Translations under genes and position numbers: made by a program
The notes under the pieces: generated by a model
Databases searched by the model: none
What the model was told of the DNA's origin: nothing
The model's input: only the letters and a program-made list of their open reading frames with translations
Assembly (NCBI GenBank): GCA_028718565.1
Contig: JAQULO010000002.1
Coordinates: forward strand, 7,521-71,520
Direction: 5' to 3'
DNA from: Syntrophales bacterium
GTDB taxonomy: Bacteria; Desulfobacterota; Syntrophia; Syntrophales; UBA2210
DNA: 64,000 bases
Shown here: positions 47,831 to 55,847 of the stretch, one piece after another
Layout of the letters: every line of letters begins with the position of its first letter
Numbering within the stretch: the stretch's first letter is position 1

Positions 47831-48026
47831 TCACCCCCATCGAGATCCGGATTATCCTTTGGCGGCTTATGGAGAGGGTTACCCGGAAATGTCTCGCATA
47901 TAACCGGCGGAAGTGCCCATATGCATGAGGTCGTGTTGCTTGAATTACCATCGAGACAGCCTTTTCTGTGGCCTGTCGGGGATATTTTCCTAAAGAGTCC
48001 TATATGTCTGTATTCATCAAAAGGTT

Positions 48027-49424
48027 TTAATTGCTGTCCTCTTGATCCAATGCTTCATCTCTTGAATCGGGATGGTCGCTGTTTAATTTTTCCCACCTGT
48101 ACCAGAAGGTCTTATAGCTCATGCCAAGAAGCTTTGCTGCCTTGGCCATGACGCCATTGGCCCGCAGCATCGATTTTTTCAGGATATCTTTTTCCAGTTC
48201 CTCGAAATTAATTCCACCTTCCGGAAGGTCGAAATCAAATGAGCCCGACCGCTCTGAAAGCCTGAGTTCGCTTTTTATATCCCTTAACGCAATGGTATCG
48301 GTATCGCAAAGTATTACCGCCCTTTCTATAACCGATTCGAGTTGCCTGATATTGCCGGGCCAGTCATAATCGACCAGGGCTTTTATTGCGGCCGAGTCGA
48401 CACCTTTTATCCTTTTCCCGAATTCAAGGTTGTATCTGTTCAGAAAGAATTGAACCAGTCCAGGTATGTCGTTTTTCCTGTCTCTCAGCATCGGGAGCTC
48501 TATAACGACGACCCGGAGCCGGTAGTAAAGATCTTCCCTGAAATTACCTTTTGCAAGCTCCTTCTCGATATCCTTGTTGGTTGCTGTGATGATTCTTACA
48601 TCGACCTTTATCGGGTATTTTCCTCCGAGCCTTCTTATCTCTTTATCCTGCAGGACCCTCAAAATTTTTGCCTGCATCAAGAGAGGCAGGTCGCCGATCT
48701 CGTCAAGAAATAATGTGCCGTTGTTTGTTAACTCGATCATTCCTATTTTTCGCGACGTCGCGCCCGTAAAGGAACCGGGTTCATAGCCGAAGAGTTCACT
48801 CTCGAAGAGATTCTCAGGTATGGAGGCACAGTTCAGGGCGGTGAACGGTTTGGACCGCCTGGAGCTGTTGTAGTGAATGGCTCGTGCCGCAAGTTCCTTA
48901 CCCGTACCGCTCTCGCCTCTTATCAAGACCGTTGCGGAACTGTCTGAGACCTTTTTCATGATCTTTACGGCCTCCTGCATCTTGCCCGAATTACCAATGA
49001 TCCCTTCTATCCTGAACCTGTCATACAATTCTTTCTGGAGATGAAGATTTTCTTTGAGAAGTTCAGTACGTTCAACGGCCCTCCTGACAGTCATCAGCAG
49101 TGAATCCTTGCTCAGTGGTTTGGTCAGATAGTCGAAGGCGCCTTTTTTCATCGCTTCGACAGCGGACGATATTGTACCGTGGGCAGTCACGATAATCATG
49201 GTAGAGGTAGCAAAATATTTTTGGACAGATTCAAGTAGTTCAATCCCGTCCATTCCCCCCATCTTAAGGTCTGCCAGTATGACGTCGGGGTTGTATTTCT
49301 TTGCGGTTTTTAAGGCCTCTTCGCCGGAAGGGGCAGTGTAAGTCTCATACCCTTCCTCATCGAGGATAGTCTTTATTATATCCCTCTGAAGCCGTTCGTC
49401 ATCTACGACAAGAATGACCGACAT
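48027..49424 (-). CDS. sigma-54-dependent response regulator (NtrC family)
   Basis: Has a receiver domain (ILADLKMGGMDG), an AAA+ domain (GESGTGKE, GSFTGA loop) and a C-terminal HTH. Confidence 0.92.
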   Translation of the reverse strand: MSVILVVDDERLQRDIIKTILDEEGYETYTAPSGEEALKTAKKYNPDVILADLKMGGMDGIELLESVQKYFATSTMIIVTAHGTISSAVEAMKKGAFDYLTKPLSKDSLLMTVRRAVERTELLKENLHLQKELYDRFRIEGIIGNSGKMQEAVKIMKKVSDSSATVLIRGESGTGKELAARAIHYNSSRRSKPFTALNCASIPENLFESELFGYEPGSFTGATSRKIGMIELTNNGTLFLDEIGDLPLLMQAKILRVLQDKEIRRLGGKYPIKVDVRIITATNKDIEKELAKGNFREDLYYRLRVVVIELPMLRDRKNDIPGLVQFFLNRYNLEFGKRIKGVDSAAIKALVDYDWPGNIRQLESVIERAVILCDTDTIALRDIKSELRLSERSGSFDFDLPEGGINFEELEKDILKKSMLRANGVMAKAAKLLGMSYKTFWYRWEKLNSDHPDSRDEALDQEDSN

Positions 49425-49425
49425 C

Positions 49426-50880
49426 TTACGTTTCCTTTTCCAAAGGCAGGAGCAGTGTGATGGTACTGCCTTTCCCTTCAGTACTCGTAAATTCTATCCG
49501 GCCCCTATGTTGTTCGACTACACTTTTGGTAAGAGCAAGCCCGATACCGAGACCATCCTGTTTCGTGGTAAAAAAAGGATCAAATATTTTTGAAATAGTT
49601 TCCGCTGAAATACCCACCCCCGTATCTTCAATGGCTATAATTAATTTCTCGTCCACACGGCTTGCCCTTATCGTGACTTTTCCCCCGTCCGGCATCGCGT
49701 GAAATGCATTTAGTATTATGTTGTAAAGACAGGTTTTTATAAACCCTGAGTCCAGGTAAGGTTCAGGCAGCACATCCAATTCGCTGATTACTTCTATCTT
49801 CTCCTGCTCCGCTTTGGCCTTAACAAGTTCCAGAACATCCTCTATCAGCTTCTTGATATCAGTTCTCTTGAGATCAAGCTTAAGGGGCCTGCTGTACTCA
49901 AGGAGACTCTCGGCAAACCCGCTGACGCGTTGTATCTCATTCTTGATGTTGAGAATCAGGGAGTCGAAGCGCTCTTTTCTGTCTTCTTCATGGGGGACGT
50001 ATTTATGCTGGATATGGTCGATGGAAAGATTGATAAAATTTAACGGGTTTTTTATCTCGTGCGCGATGCTCATCGAAAACTGTCCTATGCCCGCAAGCTG
50101 CTCGGCCTTGTGCAGCCTCTCCTCCAATACGCGTTCTTCCTTGAGCCTTCCGACCATGTAATTGAAACTCTTTGCCAGTTCTCCTATTTCATCCCTTCTT
50201 TCCGTGCGTATTTCCTGATCGAGGTTTCCGTGTGCGACATTTCTGGCGGCTTGTACAACATCCTCTATGGGTTTTGTGTATCTCTTCGCAAGAACGATGC
50301 TGATGATAATCCCTATCCCAAAGATGAGCATGGCTGCTATAATTCTTCTGGTGAGCCTTTTCTGCATCCGGGCCGAAAAGTCTTCCGTATTAACCGTGAG
50401 GTTTATGTATCCGTAATGTTTGTCGCCAGCGACTACAGGAACGATCACATTATAAAACTGACCCTCGCCTATTACCGGTTCTCCGAGTTCCGCCTTGAAA
50501 ATCAGTTCTTTTTTTGCCTTTGTGATCCATTTCCCTGCCTTTTGAGGATCAGTGCTCGCCAGTATCTTGTCGGAGTTGCTGATGATCGATATCTCTCTTA
50601 CGCCGCTTGTCTTCAGCCTTTTTAGATAGTTTTGGAGATGTTTCTCCTCCGGGAAACCGCTGCTGGTGACTTCCTTTACGCCCATCTGTATGCCCTTGGA
50701 AAGATCGGCAATCTGTTTTTCAAACTCGTTATAGATCGATCTTCCGGTCTGGTAATGGAGAAAGACCAGGATTACGATGATGCTCAGGCTCTGAAGAAGC
50801 ATCAGGGCCACAAGTTTCTTGTTGAGAGAGAGTCTTGGAAGATGGGATCTTATTCCACGTATGTTAAATTGCATGTGCAC
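49426..50880 (-). CDS. sensor histidine kinase (TM-sensor-HAMP-HisKA-HATPase)
   Basis: Has the H-box FSMSIAHEIKNPLN and N/G boxes (NAFHAM, DTGVGI, GLGIGL). It is adjacent to the regulator. Confidence 0.9.
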   Translation of the reverse strand: MHMQFNIRGIRSHLPRLSLNKKLVALMLLQSLSIIVILVFLHYQTGRSIYNEFEKQIADLSKGIQMGVKEVTSSGFPEEKHLQNYLKRLKTSGVREISIISNSDKILASTDPQKAGKWITKAKKELIFKAELGEPVIGEGQFYNVIVPVVAGDKHYGYINLTVNTEDFSARMQKRLTRRIIAAMLIFGIGIIISIVLAKRYTKPIEDVVQAARNVAHGNLDQEIRTERRDEIGELAKSFNYMVGRLKEERVLEERLHKAEQLAGIGQFSMSIAHEIKNPLNFINLSIDHIQHKYVPHEEDRKERFDSLILNIKNEIQRVSGFAESLLEYSRPLKLDLKRTDIKKLIEDVLELVKAKAEQEKIEVISELDVLPEPYLDSGFIKTCLYNIILNAFHAMPDGGKVTIRASRVDEKLIIAIEDTGVGISAETISKIFDPFFTTKQDGLGIGLALTKSVVEQHRGRIEFTSTEGKGSTITLLLPLEKET

Positions 50881-51002
50881 ATTTTATATTTATTTCTCAT
50901 CAGGAGTCAATCAATGAAGATTAATCAGAACCCCGATAAACGCGATAGGCGCGTTAACAAAATTATTCTCTCACCAAACAACCGCAGAGAATAACTTCTA
51001 CC

Positions 51003-51653
51003 TTACTGAACCGCAGCCGGAAAAATCACGAGGGGGGGAGCATAGACGATAGCGCTGGAACCCTCTGAAATTGACCAGTAAAGTGCCCTGGCATCATCTT
51101 CATCCAAGACAACATCTATGGCTGTATACGGTTCACTCCTCAAGGCGCTCCAGAGTATTCTAATAGGGCGTGTTAAAAACGTCTTTGACGAATAGAAAAA
51201 GTTGTATATCGCCGAGGTAATCCCTTTCGCCTGAGGTCTTATCAATATCGTTGGTCCGCTGTCAAAAAAAAGTGTGTATCTTGATGGCATATCGGTCAGT
51301 TCCAAGGCATCCAACTTAAATTCATCCTTCTTTTCTCCGGGAGTAATAGTTTCTCGGTTGGGTTCGATCGATGCGCTTTTCTTTCTCAAGCGATATGCGT
51401 TGCCCGAAACGGGACTGCCCCAGTAATGGGAGTTCTGAATCTTGATTTCCCGAAGGTGAATGCCCCGTGAATTAATAGAGGCCATCTTTTCTCTAAGGTT
51501 GAAAACGAAGTAGGTATCAGTCTTACTGGCCAGTACAAGTTCTTCTTCGAGAAACCTATTTTCTATGGCGTATAGCTTTTTATCATCGCCGGCATAAGCC
51601 GAATTGGTAATCAAGAAGATAAAGAGCAATATGAACTTAAGCCGCATAATCAA
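51003..51653 (-). CDS. secreted hypothetical protein
   Basis: Has a signal peptide (FLITNSAYA) and no recognised domain. Its start overlaps the stop of the upstream L,D-transpeptidase gene. Confidence 0.55.
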   Translation of the reverse strand: MIMRLKFILLFIFLITNSAYAGDDKKLYAIENRFLEEELVLASKTDTYFVFNLREKMASINSRGIHLREIKIQNSHYWGSPVSGNAYRLRKKSASIEPNRETITPGEKKDEFKLDALELTDMPSRYTLFFDSGPTILIRPQAKGITSAIYNFFYSSKTFLTRPIRILWSALRSEPYTAIDVVLDEDDARALYWSISEGSSAIVYAPPLVIFPAAVQ

Positions 51654-52297
51654 AAGATATATATCTTTGTGCCCAAGCCGGCTACGGTATAAATATTCTT
51701 GAGGTCTTCATCGCCAACCCTGATGCAACCGTGTGTAACATTTCTTCCCAGCATCCTGGTATAAAGCGTCCCATGTATAAAATATCCGTTGCCAAAACCG
51801 AGGGCATAAGCTCCGAGAACGCCTATCTCTATCCTTTTCCTGGGGTCTTTGGGTATCTCTTCGGCTTCCTCAATGAATGCCCAGTCCGGTTTTGACCATG
51901 CGGGAGCTTTCTGCTTTGTCTTCACACTGTACTCACCCCTTGGGGTGTCAAAAACCCATTGACGATTGCCCGAAGGATCTCTTAGAATGTTACCGTTTCC
52001 GGATGAAATGACGGCTTCACTAATTGTACTGCTGCCCTTTCTCAGGTATAGCCTATTCCTGCCGGTGTCCACAACGATGTAAATTTTATTGGGTGTCAAG
52101 CGTTCCAACCTTTGTTTTAGCTGTGCGTTTTTTGCTCTCAACCCATCTAAACTCATTTTGTCGGCTTTACCGTCTGCTCTTTCTTTAGAGTCGAAGGGCA
52201 TAGCTCCTGTCCCGAGATAGTATCCCGCAGACTCAATGGCCAAGAATATGATTGATAAAATTATAATAATTCTTACACACTTGAACTTGTTTGACAT
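51650..52297 (-). CDS. L,D-transpeptidase (YkuD) family protein
   Basis: Has the catalytic region YFIHGT...THGCIRV. Confidence 0.85.
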   Translation of the reverse strand: MSNKFKCVRIIIILSIIFLAIESAGYYLGTGAMPFDSKERADGKADKMSLDGLRAKNAQLKQRLERLTPNKIYIVVDTGRNRLYLRKGSSTISEAVISSGNGNILRDPSGNRQWVFDTPRGEYSVKTKQKAPAWSKPDWAFIEEAEEIPKDPRKRIEIGVLGAYALGFGNGYFIHGTLYTRMLGRNVTHGCIRVGDEDLKNIYTVAGLGTKIYIF

Positions 52298-52301
52298 GTT
52301 T

Positions 52302-53390
52302 TCAGGAACCTTCTATGGCTGAGGAAAGGTCGTTGTTGTAATAAACAACCCCGACAATGGTCACCGGCGTTCCGACAGGGACAAGATCATAGATATAATC
52401 AATCGTACTGTTGTCCATCGCAATACATCCGTATGTCATGCTGCCCTTGCCGCCACCGTGTATTTCAATAAGCCCGCCTATGCGGGCACTCGCCGGGATA
52501 AGTCCCTTTTTCTTGGCGCGAATGAAATTCCTCCGGTCTTCCTCATTCGGATAGTTTATCAGCAAGGCCTTGTGGTAACGGCTATTAGGTATCTTCTTTG
52601 TTATCATGTATTTCCCCTCGGGGGTTGAGTTGTCCCCGGCACGGAGCTTGTCATGCGACCCGTTACGCCCGAGGCCGACATCATAGGTCCTGAAAGGCAC
52701 GCCATTTTTATAGAGCACGAGCGTGCGTTCGATCTTATTTACGATAATAACCGTAATGCTCTTGCTTTTTGATTCAGCTATGGTCTCGTCTGCCATTCGC
52801 CGCCACTTTCTTATCTGTCCCAGGTCCATATAGCGGTTAACGATGGGGCGCATCGTATCTTCAGCCTTCTTAATAAATACGGAAGAGTCCTTTAATTTTT
52901 TTTCAGCAGCACTGTAATCACCGGTGTTGTGCCGGCCGACCGCTTCTGAAAGGAGCAACTCAGCTTTTACGAGAATGCCCCTCGCGAGCCTCCCTTCATT
53001 GCTCAGTTCAGTCATTCCTTTAAGAGCATCTATTCTGTTTTTAAGAAAGGACATCTCATTTGAAATGCTCTCTTTTTTGTTTTTTTTCTGTTCTGAAATC
53101 TTCCCCTGTAAAGCGTAGCCTGATTTCAATACATCCCTGAATTCTGATTGAACGAGCCGGTAATTTTGAAACCACACAAACCTGGATCTTTCTTTTATCA
53201 GTGCCTCATTTGCCTTTAGGAGCGCCCCCCTGTACTGGCTATACCCCTCCGGCGTGAACAACGAAGCACCTGCTCCCCAGAGATTATGCTCCTGTTCTGT
53301 AGCTAGTTTGACTTCCGGAGGTACCTGTGGAGCAGTACAACCGAATAGTAGTAGCAGGATGGATAGGATAACCGCTCTTCTCAATGACAT
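52302..53390 (-). CDS. lipoprotein with N-terminal helical (DUF4398-like) region and C-terminal L,D-transpeptidase domain
   Basis: Has the lipobox LLFGC and the C-terminal region IEIHGGGKGSMTYGCIAM. Confidence 0.8.
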   Translation of the reverse strand: MSLRRAVILSILLLLFGCTAPQVPPEVKLATEQEHNLWGAGASLFTPEGYSQYRGALLKANEALIKERSRFVWFQNYRLVQSEFRDVLKSGYALQGKISEQKKNKKESISNEMSFLKNRIDALKGMTELSNEGRLARGILVKAELLLSEAVGRHNTGDYSAAEKKLKDSSVFIKKAEDTMRPIVNRYMDLGQIRKWRRMADETIAESKSKSITVIIVNKIERTLVLYKNGVPFRTYDVGLGRNGSHDKLRAGDNSTPEGKYMITKKIPNSRYHKALLINYPNEEDRRNFIRAKKKGLIPASARIGGLIEIHGGGKGSMTYGCIAMDNSTIDYIYDLVPVGTPVTIVGVVYYNNDLSSAIEGS

Positions 53391-53500
53391 TTTACCCCAA
53401 TCGGGATGTGTTCGCAGGAGACTGTATTAACTCAACTATTATGAGTATGCAAAGGGAATTTAAGAGCTCCTTGTCCATCTGAAAAATGGCGCCTCCGTAA

Positions 53501-53540
53501 GGTATGGGCGATCTTGATTGCAAGATCGCCCATACCTTTT
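53501..53540. terminator. perfect 16-bp hairpin followed by TTTT on the plus strand
   Basis: GGTATGGGCGATCTTG-ATTG-CAAGATCGCCCATACC-TTTT. Its orientation is opposite to the flanking minus-strand genes. Confidence 0.5.
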
Positions 53541-53587
53541 ACTGGTGTATCAATAGTAAACTACCACCAACCCCGCGGATGGTTTTG

Positions 53588-53613
53588 AAAAAACGACAAC
53601 CCCCGGAGGGTGT
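53588..53613 (-). terminator. candidate intrinsic terminator downstream of the DUF4398 lipoprotein gene
   Basis: The minus strand reads ACACCC-UCCGG-GGG(U)UGU, then CG and U6. It is a 6-bp stem with one bulge. Confidence 0.4.
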
Positions 53614-53764
53614 AGGACCCCTGCCCGACACCCCACCCCTGAGCATCTCAGGGGACTGGCTGGGATCGAAGCTCCCCGCAACAAGTCGTGGGGAAGCTCC
53701 GATTGTTTAAGGAAACTGTTTTTCTATTCGCTCGCTGTTCAATTCAATCATAGAAAAACATTAC

Positions 53765-54364
53765 TCAGCTCTTCTTCATTCCCACTTTTTCCATCGCCGC
53801 TTTCACCTGGTTTGAAATCGCGTCGCTCTTCTCCTTGATCGCATTTGATTTTTCAACCGCTACGCTGTAATCCTCGGAATCAAATGCCTTCTCTATCTCG
53901 GCTAAAGAGTCTTCAATGCCTTTCAGATCGGACTTTAATGCCTCGATATCAGCCTCTGAGCCTTTCCCCTTGGGGGCTTGTTCCAAAAGGACTTTTGCCT
54001 CCTCTACGGAAGCCTTTGCCGCATCCTGCGCCGCCACTGCGTTTCCCTTTGCCTCTTCCTTCTTTTCCGCTACTAATACCTTCAGCGTTTCTGAATCAGC
54101 CGTTGCCTTCGCCAGAAGTTCTTTTGCCTTCCCATAGTTTTTGAATATTTTGCCATCCTGCACCGCAATTTCATCCTGGGCAGCCTGCAAGGTATCAGTT
54201 AACTGTTTGGCCTCTTCTCCCGCGAATTTTTGGGCACCCTCTGCCACGACTGCTTCTACTGAAGCCTTTGCCATATTAATTTCCTCAGTAGGCGGTTGTG
54301 CACATCCGGCAAACAAAAAGCCCGTAACCATGATCAATGCCATATACTTCAAAATGTTCTTCAT
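53765..54364 (-). CDS. DUF4398-like helical lipoprotein
   Basis: Has the lipobox LFAGC and an Ala/Glu/Lys-rich helical body. The start was set to the ATG at 54364, which has AAGGAGG upstream. Confidence 0.7.
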   Translation of the reverse strand: MKNILKYMALIMVTGFLFAGCAQPPTEEINMAKASVEAVVAEGAQKFAGEEAKQLTDTLQAAQDEIAVQDGKIFKNYGKAKELLAKATADSETLKVLVAEKKEEAKGNAVAAQDAAKASVEEAKVLLEQAPKGKGSEADIEALKSDLKGIEDSLAEIEKAFDSEDYSVAVEKSNAIKEKSDAISNQVKAAMEKVGMKKS

Positions 54365-54548
54365 AATCTTTACTGCCTCCTTATGTTCAATATATTGTGA
54401 GTTTACATACAAATTATAGATACCTTCAAAACCCCTTTTTCTATTTCACCTCCTTCAGTATTGGATAAATAAACCTCCACGCCCTTACGGACAGGCAATC
54501 CCCACTGGGAATTAAAATCAGCGGGAAAAGATACAAAGCAGGGACGCA

Positions 54549-54565
54549 TACAAGTTCCGTGCCAA
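54549..54565 (-). promoter_or_regulatory. candidate sigma-54 (-24/-12) promoter
   Basis: The minus strand reads TTGGCACGGAACTTGTA, against the consensus TGGCACG-N4-TTGCW (the -12 element is GT instead of GC). It is about 185 nt upstream of the lipoprotein ATG. Confidence 0.4.
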
Positions 54566-54882
54566 CTCTAAGCATGCGCATTTCTGACATTTAAACGAAA
54601 GTAGATTCCTTTTTTGGGGAAGTCCGTTCTTTTTTGGGGACAAAAGAGAACGTCAGACAGCGCTACATGAAAGCCCAGGTTTCCTTGTGTTTCGCCTGGA
54701 TATGCCTCGGCTCTTCCGTTGTTCAATCGTGAAATAGCAAGAGATACTAAGGGGACTGTCAATCCCATCCACGCCGGGATGATGTCGGGAGCGTCGAGGG
54801 CAACAACCCTCAAACTGGAAGAGAAGGCAAAATCAGAGCCTCTCGTTTGGCCTTCACAGACGACGTCTGGTGAGGAATTCCA

Positions 54883-54937
54883 CTTTTTGTAGACCGGCGA
54901 CCGGTCCGGGTCGATGTGGCATTCTCGCCTGTCCTTA
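54883..54937. repeat. 55-nt dispersed repeat, copy B (second degraded YafQ/RelE-like core)
   Basis: 85 percent identical to 47717..47771. The minus-strand translation KDRRECHIDPDRSPVYKK keeps the RECHIxPD toxin core and then diverges. Confidence 0.75.
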
Positions 54938-54959
54938 GGGAAACATAGTTGCTATCTCA

Positions 54960-55475
54960 CTACTTTTCAATTCCATCCCGGGCCTGCACACCATTTTGAT
55001 AGTAATGTTTTATCTCTTTCATCTCCGTTACGAGGTCGGCCTCTTCGATAACCCTGGGGTCCGCCCTTCTGCCGGTAATTACCAGTTCCACTTCTTCCGG
55101 CTTCGCCCGGATAAAATCCAGCAGATTATCCACGGAAAAAAGATTGTAATACGTGGCAATATTGGCCTCATCAAGGATGATAACCTGATACTCCCCGGAA
55201 CACATGATCTCTCTGACCTCTTGAAGACCTTCCCGCGCAGCCTGAATATCTTCCGGTTCCGGGTCTCTGTAAATGAAGCAATCCCTGCCATATTGTTTTA
55301 CCGTAATAACCTCTTTCAACTTTTCCATGGCGTTGAGCTCGCTGTACTTCATCCCCTTGACAAACTGGGCGATATAAACTTTGAGGCCTGCTCCGGCAGC
55401 ACGCAGAGCAAGCCCGAAAGCGGCTGTCGTTTTCCCTTTTCCGTCACCTGTATAGACATGAACATATCCTTTCAT
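54960..55475 (-). CDS. cobO: cob(I)yrinic acid a,c-diamide / cob(I)alamin adenosyltransferase
   Basis: Contains VHVYTGDGKGKTTAAFGLALRAAG and LDE motifs, and is 171 aa. Confidence 0.9.
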   Translation of the reverse strand: MKGYVHVYTGDGKGKTTAAFGLALRAAGAGLKVYIAQFVKGMKYSELNAMEKLKEVITVKQYGRDCFIYRDPEPEDIQAAREGLQEVREIMCSGEYQVIILDEANIATYYNLFSVDNLLDFIRAKPEEVELVITGRRADPRVIEEADLVTEMKEIKHYYQNGVQARDGIEK

Positions 55476-55847
55476 ATTTCCCTCCCAATCCTTATTACAT
55501 TATTCTTAACGGCTACGCTTTTGCGCGTATCACAAAAGGGTGAAAGCCGAAAGGGGGAGCAAGATAACGATCCTTTGATACGGAGGTTTCAACCCTGAAT
55601 CCTTCGGCCCTCAGTCTTTCACCTTTAACCTCAGAAGCTCTTTATAAATCATACCCCAAACCGAGGGGAAACATTCTCCCCGGCATGGGGTAACCCTGGG
55701 CATATTCTTTCATTATGGACCCACCTTGTTGGATATTCGGTTAGCCATTGATAGTTGTGGGAGAGAGTGTATACCCCTCTCCCACATTATTGCTTTCATC
55801 GCGATACCGCTTGCCCACGGACTTTACACCAACGCTCGAAAACTTCC

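Noticed and set aside
53391-53500. A sigma-54 promoter directly upstream of the L,D-transpeptidase lipoprotein gene (a TTGCAT is present).
   Set aside because: No GG dinucleotide lies at the required -24 spacing; the sequence there is TA.
55476-55847. A third cobalamin riboswitch upstream of cobO.
   Set aside because: The conserved GCCACUG core and B12 box are absent on either strand. Only generic helices and a 9-bp hairpin (GTGGGAGAG…CTCTCCCAC at about 55757..55789) are present.
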